A program made the position numbers and the translations under genes. A stretch of 64,000 nt of DNA from Planktothrix sp. GU0601_MAG3 (GTDB taxonomy: Bacteria > Cyanobacteriota > Cyanobacteriia > Cyanobacteriales > Microcoleaceae), in NCBI GenBank assembly GCA_035193785.1, contig CP136572.1, positions 2,324,578-2,388,577 on the forward strand, in the 5' to 3' direction. Below the pieces are notes generated by a model that saw only the letters and a list, made by a program, of their open reading frames with translations, had not been told where the DNA came from and ran no database searches. Shown one piece after another: positions 44,463 through 55,594 of the stretch (the first letter of the stretch is position 1; each line of letters opens with the position of its first letter).

Positions 44463-44825
44463 GTGAATAACATTAACTCAATCAACTGGATTTCTTGGAG
44501 TTTAGTTTTAATTGCTGCTATTAATAGCGGAATTGGTAACTTGTTACTGAAAAAATCTCGCCTAGAAGCTCCCGACCCAAGTTTATTAACCCTGTTATTA
44601 TCCCCTTGGTTTATTGCAGCTATTATAGTTTATGGGATTAATTTAATTGTGTTTGCTAAAGCCCTGGATAGTTTGCCCGTTTCTACGGCTTATCCTGTAT
44701 TTGCAGCCATTGGTTTTAGCTTAGTGGCATTAACTGGAAGTCTTCTATTAGGCGAGCGGTTTGGCTTGAATCAAATGATCGGATTGGGTTTAATTGTTAC
44801 TGGGATTATTATTATGTCTCGTTAA
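44463..44825 (+). CDS. SMR/DMT small membrane protein (ArnE/ArnF-like)
   Basis: 120 aa, four hydrophobic helices; ALDSLPVSTAYP, LLGERF...GLGLIVTGI. Confidence 0.8.
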   Translation: MNNINSINWISWSLVLIAAINSGIGNLLLKKSRLEAPDPSLLTLLLSPWFIAAIIVYGINLIVFAKALDSLPVSTAYPVFAAIGFSLVALTGSLLLGERFGLNQMIGLGLIVTGIIIMSR

Positions 44826-44847
44826 ATAATTAATTGTTTTTAATATT

Positions 44848-45915
44848 ATGAAAACACCAAAACCAGAGGATTCTACATCAATATTAGAAACCCATAATCA
44901 TCAAACTGATCCCGAATTTGTTCCCGTGAAATCCTCAACTTTGCCCCCCCTAATTAAACTAATTCGCCCCCATCAATGGACAAAAAATCTATTCTGTTTA
45001 GCGGGACTTTTATTTGGGGGGAGACTGTTACAACCCCAGGCGATTCTGTTATCAATATTAACGGTAATTTTTTTCTCAGCCATAGCCTCGGCAATTTATA
45101 TTTTTAATGATATTCAAGATCGGGAACGCGATCGCCTGCATCCCAAAAAAAAGTATCGTCCGATTGCCAGTGGTCAAGTTTCAATTAAAATCGGATTAGC
45201 GATCGCATTTTGTTTAACAATGGTTTCCCTTTTGGGTGCTTATGGGTTAGGAATCCCCACATTAATCTGCATTTTACTCTATGCAATTAATAATATTATT
45301 TATTCTATTAAACTCAAAAATATACCCCTATTTGATGTTAGTTGTATTGCCTTTGGTTTTGTTCTGAGACTATTAGCGGGAATTTATGCGTTAGGGGATA
45401 TGCCGACGGCTTGGATTGTTTTATGTACCTTTTTCCTAACTTTATTTTTAGGCTTTTCTAAACGACGTTCCGAACTCTTATCTTTACTACATTTTCAAAC
45501 TAATCAAACAAATTTTTATCCAGAAACATCCCTACAGCCCGACCTAAAATCACCCAATTCTGAACCTTCTTATTTGGAGTTATTCTATCAACGGGGAAGC
45601 CAAAACCAACAACGTCCAGTTCTGTCTCAATATACCTTACCCTATTTAGATTCTCTCCTGAATAGCACCGCAACTATGACTATTATGTGCTATGCTTTAT
45701 TCACAATAAAATCGGGTAAAAATCCATCCTTAGTGATTACAGTTCCCATTGTTTATTATGCGGTGATGCACTATAAATGGCTAGTTACGGTTTTAGCCGA
45801 TGGAGAAGAACCCAGCCGAATTTTAATTCAAGACCCGACCATTAAATGGAGTTTAATCGTCTGGCTAATTTCCTATTTAGTTATTATCTATTTTAATATT
45901 CACTTATTTGATTAA
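44848..45915 (+). CDS. UbiA-family polyprenyl-phosphate phosphoribosyltransferase-like protein
   Basis: Motifs IRPHQWTKNL, YIFNDIQDRERDRLHPKKKYRPIASG, FGFVLRLLAG, FLGFSKRRSEL. Confidence 0.85.
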   Translation: MKTPKPEDSTSILETHNHQTDPEFVPVKSSTLPPLIKLIRPHQWTKNLFCLAGLLFGGRLLQPQAILLSILTVIFFSAIASAIYIFNDIQDRERDRLHPKKKYRPIASGQVSIKIGLAIAFCLTMVSLLGAYGLGIPTLICILLYAINNIIYSIKLKNIPLFDVSCIAFGFVLRLLAGIYALGDMPTAWIVLCTFFLTLFLGFSKRRSELLSLLHFQTNQTNFYPETSLQPDLKSPNSEPSYLELFYQRGSQNQQRPVLSQYTLPYLDSLLNSTATMTIMCYALFTIKSGKNPSLVITVPIVYYAVMHYKWLVTVLADGEEPSRILIQDPTIKWSLIVWLISYLVIIYFNIHLFD

Positions 45916-46012
45916 TTCGTTTTCACCCTCGTTGTTGCGCTTCAGTCGTCAATTTTTCTTAATATTTCAGAATTAATCAAAACTGTTTCTCCCCTCAAAA
46001 ATCAGACTTTCT

Positions 46013-46177
46013 CCCCATTACCCATTACCCATCACCCATCACCCATTACCCATTACCCATCACCCATTCGTAATTCGTAATTCGTAATTCGTAATTCCCC
46101 ATTCCCCATCACCCATCACCCATCACCCATTCGTAATTCGTAATTCGTAATTCGTAATTCCCCATTCCCCATTCCCC
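46013..46177. repeat. STRR heptamer arrays (ATTACCC/ATCACCC/TTCGTAA/ATTCCCC)
   Basis: Read directly. Confidence 0.9.
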
Positions 46178-46253
46178 GAAAACTTTCAGACATTCTCCGA
46201 ATCACCTATGATTAAATCAGAATAGATTAGCTAGAACTTTTAGGACTTAGACA

Positions 46254-49051
46254 ATGGTATCTCCCGAATCCCCATCAATGTCTTCAGATTCAACCTTAGC
46301 ATCTCTCAAAACCTGGCACACCTTGAGTGCGGATCAAACTCTCCAGATCCTTAATACAGATAGTGAAACCGGGTTAACGTCACGAGAGGTGATTGAGCGT
46401 CAACAACAGTATGGTCTGAATGAATTAAAAGAAGCTCCCGGTCGCAGTACCTTAGAGATTTTATGGGATCAGTTCACGAATATTATGCTCGTGATGCTGA
46501 TTGCTGTGGCCATTGTATCCGCCGTGATTGATTTTCGCAAAGGAAACTTTCCCAAGGACGCCGTTGCTATTTTTTCAATTGTGATTTTGAATGGGATGTT
46601 GGGCTATTTCCAAGAAAGCCGGGCAGAACAGGCTTTAGCCGCCCTGAAACGAATGTCTTCCCCCAGAGTGCGGGTGGTGCGGGACGGCAAAATGCTAGAA
46701 CTAGCCGCGAAAGAACTGGTTCCAGGGGATATCATGTTTCTGGAAGCTGGGGTGCAAATTCCGGCTGATGGTCGCCTAGTGGAAGCCCAAAATTTGCAGG
46801 TGCGGGAGGCGGCTTTAACCGGGGAAGCAGAAGCGGTCATTAAAAAACCCAGTGTGGAGTTGACGGAAGATGCTCCCCTAGGCGATCGGATTAATATGGT
46901 ATTTATGGGGACGGAAGTGATTCAGGGACGGGGACAAGTCATCGTTACCAATACCGGAATGACCACGGAAACTCGGACGCATCGCCGAAATGATCCAGGG
47001 GGTAGAAACGGAACCAACACCCCTCCAGCAACGGATGACCCAGTTAGGAAATGTGCTAGTTAGTGGGTCTTTGGCCTTAGTTGCCCTAATTGTGGTGGGT
47101 GGGGTGATCAAAACCGGCAGTTTTCAGAGTTTAGAGGATTTATTAGAAGTATCCCTGAGTATGGCGGTGGCGGTAGTTCCCGAGGGTTTACCGGCGGTGG
47201 TGACGGTGACTTTGGCTATTGGTACCCAAAGAATGGTCAAACGCCATGCTTTAATTCGCAAACTCCCGGCGGTGGAAACCTTGGGTTCTGTGACAACTAT
47301 TTGTTCGGATAAAACCGGAACTCTCACCCAAAATAAAATGGTGGTGCAATCGGTTCAGACCTTTGATCAAGTGTTTCAAGTCACGGGAGAAGGGTATGAT
47401 CCGGTGGGGGAATTAATACCGATAACCTCAGAACAAAATAACACGATTTCCTCAGATTATAAAATTTTAGAACCGATTTTAAATGCTTGTGTTTTGTGCA
47501 ATGATGCCCAATTACAACAGGATAATCATAAATGGATTATTTTAGGAGATCCCACGGAAGGAGCTTTATTATCCTTAGCTGGAAAAGTAGGTTTATTTAG
47601 AGATATTCAAAATCACAAAAAACCCCGCTTGGCTGAAATTCCTTTCTCCTCAGAACGGAAGCGGATGAGTGTAATTTGTCAACTTCAAGACTCGGAAAAT
47701 CCTGAATATGTGATGTTTACTAAGGGATCACCGGAGTTGATTTTAGCTCAATGTACTTCGGTTCTTGTCGGTCATCAAAATGTTTTTTTAGCAGAAGCAG
47801 ACCGTCAACAAATTCTCGAACAAAATAATGAAATGGCGGGGAAAGGTTTACGGGTTTTAGGATTTGCGACTCGATCTTTAACAATATTACCGCCAGAAGC
47901 AGAAGAAGAAACCGCCGAACAGGAATTAGTTTGGTTAGGATTAGTCGGAATGTTAGACGCGCCCCGTCCTGAAGCGCGAGAGGCGGTTAAACTATGTCGA
48001 GAAGCGGGAATTCGTGCGGTGATGATTACTGGAGATCATCAATTAACTGCAAAAGTGATTGCTCAAGATTTAGGCATTGCCGAATTAGATAGTTTAAGTT
48101 TAACCGGTCAGGAATTACAGAAATTAACTCAAACGGAATTAGAGGAAAAAGTTGAACAGGTGAGTGTTTACGCCCGGGTTTCTCCTGAACATAAACTGCG
48201 GATTGTTCAAGCATTGCAAAAAAATGGTGAATTTGTAGCTATGACCGGGGATGGAGTGAATGATGCTCCGGCTTTGAAACAAGCAGATATCGGTATTGCT
48301 ATGGGAATTACTGGAACCGATGTTAGTAAAGAAGCCAGTGATATGATTTTGTTGGATGATAACTTTGCTACCATCGTTGCCGCGACCGAAGAAGGGCGAG
48401 TTGTTTATAGTAATATTCGCCGTTTTATTAAATATATTCTCGGTAGTAATATTGGGGAAGTGTTAGTGATTGCGGCTTCTCCCCTTTTAGGCGGGGGTGT
48501 GCCCTTAATCCCTTTACAAATTTTATGGATGAACCTTGTTACCGATGGTTTACCCGCTTTAGCATTAGCAATGGAACCGGCTGAAACCTGCGGTCATGCA
48601 ACGCCCCCCCTATAATCCCCGGGAAAGTATTTTTGCGCGAGGATTAGGGTTATATATGGTGAGAATTGGGATTGTTTTTGCCATTTTAACGATTGTTTTG
48701 ATGGTTTGGGCTTACAACTATACTCAAGACACTCCTAACCCTGACCGTTGGAAAACCATGGTTTTTACAACATTATGTTTAGCCCAAATGGGTCACGCTT
48801 TAGCAGTTCGTTCCGATACTCAATTAACCATCCAAATGAATCCTAAAACCAACCCCTATTTGTGGGGTGCTGTGGGGTTAACAACAGTGCTTCAGTTACT
48901 CTTAATTTATTTTCCTCCCTTCCAAAGTTTCTTTGGAACTCACTTTTTGAATTTTACTGAGTTATCAATTTGTCTGGGTTTTAGTGCCTTAATGTTTATT
49001 TGGATTGAAATGGAAAAACTGGTTTATAAGTGGTGGATTAATCGTCGCTAA
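46254..49051 (+). CDS. P-type (P2A-like) cation-transporting ATPase (apparent frameshifts at GAAAC 46968 and 48583)
   Basis: Motifs [38 protein letters not shown]. Corrected junctions TTE|LGRIAEM and [12 protein letters not shown]. Confidence 0.93.
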
Positions 49052-49384
49052 TTGATGTGAAAAATAAAACCCGTATTTACTCAGATTGACGTTTGACAGG
49101 GTTAATGGTAGGTTTGCACAAGAACAAAAGGCACAGAAAATCAGTAAACAATCAATAGAGTGGGAATAAATAGTACCTGGTGCTGTTTATTCCCCTAACC
49201 TTTGGTGTAGTCCTGAGTTGGGAACTCCCTATCCTAGCCTTCCTTTGAAGTCGTTGTCTATCACCAGACTCAAATCCACTATAGTAGTATTCCAAATTAT
49301 CAAACTGGAACATTCCATTAGGAATTTCTATTATTGTGTTTTAGTGTTTCCTGTTCTCTACCATAAATTCCTCCACAAATACCT

Positions 49385-50876
49385 ATGAGTTTCTTGAATC
49401 TGATTTCATTTTTAGGAATTTTCGGCCTTTGCTTTATTGCTTGGTTATTTTCAGAAAATAGAAAAGTTGTCCCTTGGCGAACCATGGGTTTAGGGATTGG
49501 CCTACAATTAGTTTTAGCCTTTCTAGTCTTTCTGTTTCCACCTACAAGAACGGGCTTAGAATGGTTTAGTAGTCTTCTCGATAGTTTGTTTTATGCCGCT
49601 GATACCGGGGCTAGATTTGTCTTTGGAAAAAATATTGTTCCCCTGCCCGGAAAAACTCCCGATGTTAATTTAGGTTATATTTTTGCCTTTCGCGCCCTAC
49701 CTACGGTGATCTTTTTCTCCGGTTTAATGGCACTATTATATAACTTAGGGGTGATTCAAGTTGTTACTAATGTTTTTGCTAAGTTATTCTATAAAACCAT
49801 GCGCTTAAGTGGGGCAGAAGCCCTAAGCGGAGCAGCTAATATTTTTGTGGGAATTGAAGCCGCCATTGTGGTCAAGCCCTATTTAGAAAAGATGACCCGC
49901 TCCGAACTCTGTGCTATTTTAACCTGTTGTTTTGGAACGGCAGCCTCATCTACCCTCGCCATTTATGTTAGTTTCTTAAAACCTGTTTTTCCTAATATTT
50001 TAGGACATTTAGTTTCCGCTTCAATTATGGCAATTCCCGCCTGTTTTGTCATTTCTAAAATTTTAGTTCCTGAAACGGAAAAACCCCTAACTTTAGGGAT
50101 GCTACCAGAAGAAAAGCCAGAAGAAAACTTAATCATTCATGAAGATGGAGAACATAAATTACAAACCGTTGGCGGAGAATTAATTGATCAAGTTAGTCCC
50201 TTAGATTCAGCAATTATTGGGGCATTAGATGGCGTTAAAATGTCCGTTGCCATTGCCGCAATTTTAATATTAATTTTGGGATTACTTTCCTTAGTTAATC
50301 AATTTTCAGCTTGGTTAGGTCTGTTACCAAGTCCAGTCGGAGACGTTTTTCAATTCCTGACTTTAGCGAATATTTTGGGATTTATTTTTTATCCCTTAAC
50401 CATTTTAACCGGGATTTCCTTTGATGATTCTTGGACAGCTTCCGTCATTATTGGCCGTCGTTTATTAGAAACAGCCATTCCCCCCTATCAAGCCTTAGCA
50501 GAAGCCGCCAAAGAAGGTTTAATTACTCCTAGAACAGTCTTAATTGTTAGTTATGCCCTATCGGGTTTTGCCCATGTTGCTTCCGTGGGAATTTTTGTCG
50601 GGGGTATGGTGGGTTTAGTTTCCCTCCCGCCGGAAAGATATTTCCGAATTGGGTTGGAAAGCCCTATTGGGCGGAACCTTGGCCACAATGATGATTGCCT
50701 GTTTAGCCGGATTCTACGATAATGGTAATCCCAGCATTATGGGAGAACCCGCGGCCACTCCTCCGGCCGTCAGTACCCCAGCAGCCCCAAATACAACGGT
50801 TTCCCCCTCCCCAACTTCAGCACCAAAGGTCAGTCCTTCTCCTAAACCGACTGTTTCTCCCTCTCCTAAGTCTTAA
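49385..50876 (+). CDS. nupC: CNT/NupC nucleoside:cation symporter (apparent frameshift at GTTTC 50618-50622)
   Basis: Motifs [38 protein letters not shown]. Corrected junction [18 protein letters not shown]. Confidence 0.88.
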
Positions 50877-50877
50877 T

Positions 50878-51230
50878 AGGAGCAGGGGGAGCAGGGGAGC
50901 AGGGGGAGCAGGGGGAGCAGGGGGAGCAGGGGGAGCAGGGGGAGCAGGGGGAGCAGGGGGAGCAGGGGGGGCAGGGGGAGCAGGGGGAGCAGGGGGAGCA
51001 GGGGGAGCAGGGGGAGCAGGGGGGCAGGGGAGGTAGATTCTTTCTATTATCCAAAACCCAAAACCCAAAACCCATTACCCATTCGTAATTCGTAATTCGT
51101 AATTCGTAATTACCCAAAACTCATTACCCAAAACCCATTACCCATTACCCATTACCCATTACCCAAAACCCATTACCCAAAACCCATTACCCATTACCCA
51201 TTACCCATTACCCATTACCCATTCGTAATT
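50878..51230. repeat. Composite tandem repeat: (GGGGGAGCA)n-linker-(AAAACCC/ATTACCC/TTCGTAA)n
   Basis: Read directly. The 31-nt linker at 51029-51059 is the exact reverse complement of 62502-62532. Confidence 0.9.
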
Positions 51231-51238
51231 TCACTTAC

Positions 51239-53033
51239 ATGACGAATATTGTTCTAACCCTTAGTATTGTAATTCTGGCTTTAATTGCCTTCGTTTTTGA
51301 GTGGCTTCCTGTTGATTTAACTGCCCTTACTGTTACCGTTGTTTTAATGCTTTTGAAGTTAGTTACACCCGATGAAGGAATATCTGGGTTTGGTAACTCC
51401 GCCACCATTACGGTGATGGCAATGTTTATTTTAAGTGCCGGGATTACGAAAACTGGGGTAGTACAAACCGTTCGAGATTGGTTATTGAAATGGGGAGGAA
51501 CAACGGCCAGCCAACAAATTTTAGTTATGGGTTTAATTGTTGGGCCGATTACTGCTTTTATTAATAATACGGCTGTTGTCGCAATTTTCTTACCAATTGT
51601 CGAAGATTGGTGTCGTAAACAAAAAATTTCCCCCTCTAAATTATTAATTCCCCTATCTTATGCGACGGTTTTGGGGGGGATGATTACCGTCATTGGCACC
51701 TCAACTAACGTTTTAGCCAGTGGCATTTCTAAACAAATGGGATATGGGGAATTTCAATTATTTCAGTTTACCGTATTAGGAATTATTACTTTTACGATTG
51801 GGATTATTTATCTGGCACTGATTGCCCCTCTACTCTTACCTGACCGCAAACCAGCAAATTTTGATATGCTGCAAAACGAATATGGTTTAAAAGATTATGT
51901 CAGTGAATTAGTCATTACCCCCCGTTCTAGCCTAGTGGGACAAACCCTTAAAGAGAGTGAAATTCAACGCAAATTTGACTTGGATGTGTTAGAACTCATT
52001 CAAAATAATATGCGGTTTGCTCAACCTTTAGCCGATAAAATATTAAGTGTCGGAGATATTTTAATTGTCCGAAGTAGTCGAGATGATTTACTAAAAATTA
52101 GAGATGAAAAAGGGTTAGATATTCTTCCCGATGTTAAATTCAAGGAAGAATCTTTAGAGACTATTTTGAGTTCTGGACAGGAAAAAATAGCCGAAGTCCT
52201 GATTTTATCTAATTCTCGGTTAATTGGAACCACTTTAAAGGATTTAAGATTCCGTCAACGCTACAACGCCACGGTTTTAGCCATTCGTCGAGGTTCAGAA
52301 TTAGTGCAAGGACGATTAGGGAAAGTACCCCTACGATTTGGAGATTTACTCTTACTTCAAGGCCCAAAACAAAGTTTTGTTGGGTTACAAACCACCCGGG
52401 AACTTCTGGTTTTAGAAGAACGAGATGTAGAAACCTTAAGACAGGATAAAGCTTGGATTGCCCTGGCGATTATTTTGGGTGTTATTGTTCTTGCAGCCTT
52501 TGAAATTATGCCCATTTTAGTTAGTGCTTTAGCGGGTGTAATCTTAATGGTAATTACCGGATGTCTCAAACCCGGAGAAATTTATGGTTTCTGTGCGTTG
52601 GGATGTGATATTTCTCCTAGCGGGATTAATTCCATTAGGAATAGCTATGGATAAATCCGGCGCTACCCAATGGTTAGCTGATACCTTAGTTGGTTTGGGT
52701 AGTAATTTATCCGGTTATTGGATTTTATTATTATTCTATATTGCCACCTCGATTCTGACAGAAATTCTTTCTAATAATGCCACGGTTGTATTGATGATTC
52801 CGGTTGCGGTAAAAGTTGCAGTCGCATTAGGTTTAAATCCCTTTGCTTTTATGTATGCGGTAACTTTTGCTGCTTCTAATAGTTATATGACCCCCATTGG
52901 TTATCAGACTAATACAATGGTTTATAGTCCCGGTGGATATAAATTTTTCGACTTTACCCGGGTGGGTGCTCCCTTGAGTATAATCCTAGCAATTATTACC
53001 CCATTATTAATTATTTGGCTATATGGATTATAG
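51239..53033 (+). CDS. SLC13/DASS transporter with TrkA-C domains (apparent frameshift at GTTTC 52587-52591)
   Basis: Motifs FINNTAVVA, LGGMITVIGTSTN, LTEILSNNAT, TPIGYQTN. Corrected junction EIYG|SVRWDVIFLLAG. Confidence 0.9.
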
Positions 53034-53061
53034 TAGTAAGCCCTTCAGGGCTAACAGGTCT

Positions 53062-53997
53062 ATGAAAAAATCAGCAATTTTATCGGGTTTAATCGGGGTT
53101 TGTGTGGGGGATGCTTTGGGTGTTCCGGTGGAATTTACCAGCCGCCAAGACCGTCTAAAAAACCCCATTACAACCATGACGGGCTATGGAACTCATCGAC
53201 AACCACCGGGTACTTGGTCGGATGATAGTTCCTTGATGTTATGTTTAGCAGATAGTCTTTGTCAGGGCTATAATTTACAAGCGATCGCCGCATCTTTTTG
53301 TCGTTGGCGCTATCATCAAGAATGGACAGCCCATGGGGTGATATTTGATATTGGAGGAACCACCCATAACGCGATTCAAAACCTACAAAAAGGGGTAAAT
53401 CCCGTGGAAGCTGGAGAAACTAATGAACGCAGCAATGGTAATGGTTCTTTGATGCGAATTTTGCCCATGGCTTATTTATATTCTTCGGTGTCATTCTATC
53501 AATTAATCCAGTGGGTGCATGAATGTTCCTGTTTAACCCATGGTCATCTCCGTTGCCAAATTGCCTGCGGAATTTATATTAGTATTGCTGTTAAATTACT
53601 CCAAGGATTAGATCTAAAATCCGCCTACCTTCAAGGCATAGAAGCCATAAAACCCATTTATTATCATCCCAGTTTAACCACAGAATCTTCTCGGTTTCAA
53701 CGCATTTTAACGGGTAATATTGATCAGTTATCAATTGATGAAATTCAATCGGGAGGTTATGTGATTCATACCCTAGAAGCCTCTTTATGGTGTTTATTAA
53801 CCACATCTTCATACCCAGAAGCTATTCTTAAAGCCGTTAATTTAGGAGAAGATACCGACACAACAGCAGCAGTCACGGGAGGTTTAGCCGGAATTTATTA
53901 TGGGTTTAATAATATTCCCTCGGAATGGGTTGAACAAATAGCCCGAAAAGATGATATTATTGCCTTAGCTGATCGATTAGAACAAACCATTGAGTGA
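53062..53997 (+). CDS. ADP-ribosylglycohydrolase (DraG/ARH family)
   Basis: Motifs GDALGVPVEF, GTWSDDS, GNGSLMRILP, AVNLGEDTDTTAAVTGGLAG. Confidence 0.92.
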   Translation: MKKSAILSGLIGVCVGDALGVPVEFTSRQDRLKNPITTMTGYGTHRQPPGTWSDDSSLMLCLADSLCQGYNLQAIAASFCRWRYHQEWTAHGVIFDIGGTTHNAIQNLQKGVNPVEAGETNERSNGNGSLMRILPMAYLYSSVSFYQLIQWVHECSCLTHGHLRCQIACGIYISIAVKLLQGLDLKSAYLQGIEAIKPIYYHPSLTTESSRFQRILTGNIDQLSIDEIQSGGYVIHTLEASLWCLLTTSSYPEAILKAVNLGEDTDTTAAVTGGLAGIYYGFNNIPSEWVEQIARKDDIIALADRLEQTIE

Positions 53998-54028
53998 TTA
54001 TCTGAAATAATACTAACTTCGATTAAAA

Positions 54029-54592
54029 ATGACTCAAATCGCCCTTTTTGGAACCAGTGCAGATCCTCCAACTTCAGGACATCAAGCGATTCTGCTTTGG
54101 TTGTCTCAACGATTTGATAAAGTTGTAGTTTGGGCATCGGATAATCCCTTTAAAACTCACCAAAATTTATTAGAACATCGGATGGCAATGCTATCATTAT
54201 TAATCGAGGAAATCAACGCCCCGAAAAAAAATATTGCTTTGCATCCTGAACTCAGTAGTCGCCGAACCTTGGAAACTTTAAAAAGGGCTAAAAACCATTG
54301 GTCTGATGCCGAATATACCTTGGTGGTGGGTGCGGATTTAATTCAACAAATTCCCCAGTGGTATCAGATAGAAACCCTGTTAAAACAGGTAGAATTATTA
54401 ATTATCCCGCGACCGGGTTATCCGGTGATAGAAACGGACTTAGAGCACCTCAAAAAATTAGGTGCAACCCTGACCATTGCCAACGTAACGGGTTTACCAG
54501 TTTCCTCAAGTCACTATCGCCAAACGGGTAATATAGAGGTTTTAACGCCCCCAATACAAGCCTATATTAACCGAGAAAAATTATATGAATAA
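54029..54592 (+). CDS. nadD: Nicotinate-nucleotide adenylyltransferase
   Basis: Motifs IALFGTSADPPTSGH, VVGADL, IPRPGY, VSSS. Confidence 0.9.
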   Translation: MTQIALFGTSADPPTSGHQAILLWLSQRFDKVVVWASDNPFKTHQNLLEHRMAMLSLLIEEINAPKKNIALHPELSSRRTLETLKRAKNHWSDAEYTLVVGADLIQQIPQWYQIETLLKQVELLIIPRPGYPVIETDLEHLKKLGATLTIANVTGLPVSSSHYRQTGNIEVLTPPIQAYINREKLYE

Positions 54593-55299
54593 AACTTTGA
54601 TCTTAGAAGATTTTAAAGTTGGTGTTGATAATGTCATTTTTTCGGTTGATACCGGACAAAATCGTCTATTAGTTTTATTGGTAAAACGAAAAGAAGAAAC
54701 CCTTTATCGAGACTTGGAGTTTACCAGGAACTTTAGTTCAAAAAAGAGAATCTTTAGAGGATGCCGCCTATCGGATTTTATCAGAAAAAATTCGGGTTGA
54801 GAATTTATATTTAGAACAATTATATACCTTTGGGGGGCCAGAACGTGACCCCAGAGAAGCCCCAGATTCCTATAATATTCGTTATTTATCCGTGAGTTAT
54901 TTTGCCATAGTTCGGTTTGAAGAAGCGGAATTAATTACTGATACAGTAACCGGAATTGCTTGGTATCCCATTGATCAAATTCCTAATTTAGCCTTTGATC
55001 ATAATCAAATTTTAGACTATGGTTATCGTCGATTGAAAAATAAATTAGAATATAGTCCCGTGGCTTTTGATGTTTTACCCGAATTATTTACATTAGGGGA
55101 TTTATACCAATTTTATACAACTATTTTAGGAGAAGGATTTTCCGATTATTCTAATTTTAGAACCCGGTTACTCAAGTTAGGATTTCTCTATGATACCGGG
55201 GTGAAAACATCCCGAGGGGCGGGTAGACCTGCCAGTTTATATCGATTTGATGCGGAAGCTTTTGCCCCCTTAAAAGATAAACCCCTAGTATTTGTTTGA
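54585..55299 (+). CDS. nrtR: NrtR Nudix-wHTH regulator (apparent frameshift at GAAAC 54696-54700)
   Basis: [13 protein letters not shown]...[15 protein letters not shown]...[31 protein letters not shown]. Confidence 0.88.
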
Positions 55300-55594
55300 T
55301 CTTTGCCCCTAACTCCTTGTTTGTTAAAATCATACCTTATTAAGTCCAATTTTCTAACAAAGCCAAAGATTGCCAAGGATTATCTTTAGGAATTAAAATT
55401 AAAACATTGCTTTAATATTATCGAGGGTGGGCTAATATTATTGTATCAAATAAAAGGGTTTAATTTACCTAGCATCCAACAGTTGTGGAGTCAGGCTTAG
55501 TACAAGGAATGGGGAATTTCGTTCACAACGGTTAAATTAATGTATACTAACATCTGAGTTTTCACCCCTGCGATCGCAAAACCCATTAAATCCC

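Noticed and set aside
49052..49384. Riboswitch upstream of nupC
   Set aside because: There is a hairpin (GGGAATAAA...TTTATTCCC, about 49162-49195) but no aptamer consensus I recognise. An Rfam scan would be needed.
50722..51117. GAGGAG/PPAPPA/CSPCSP ORFs here, at 62453-62714 and as the fmt N-terminal extension
   Set aside because: These are translations of (GGGGGAGCA)n intergenic repeats.
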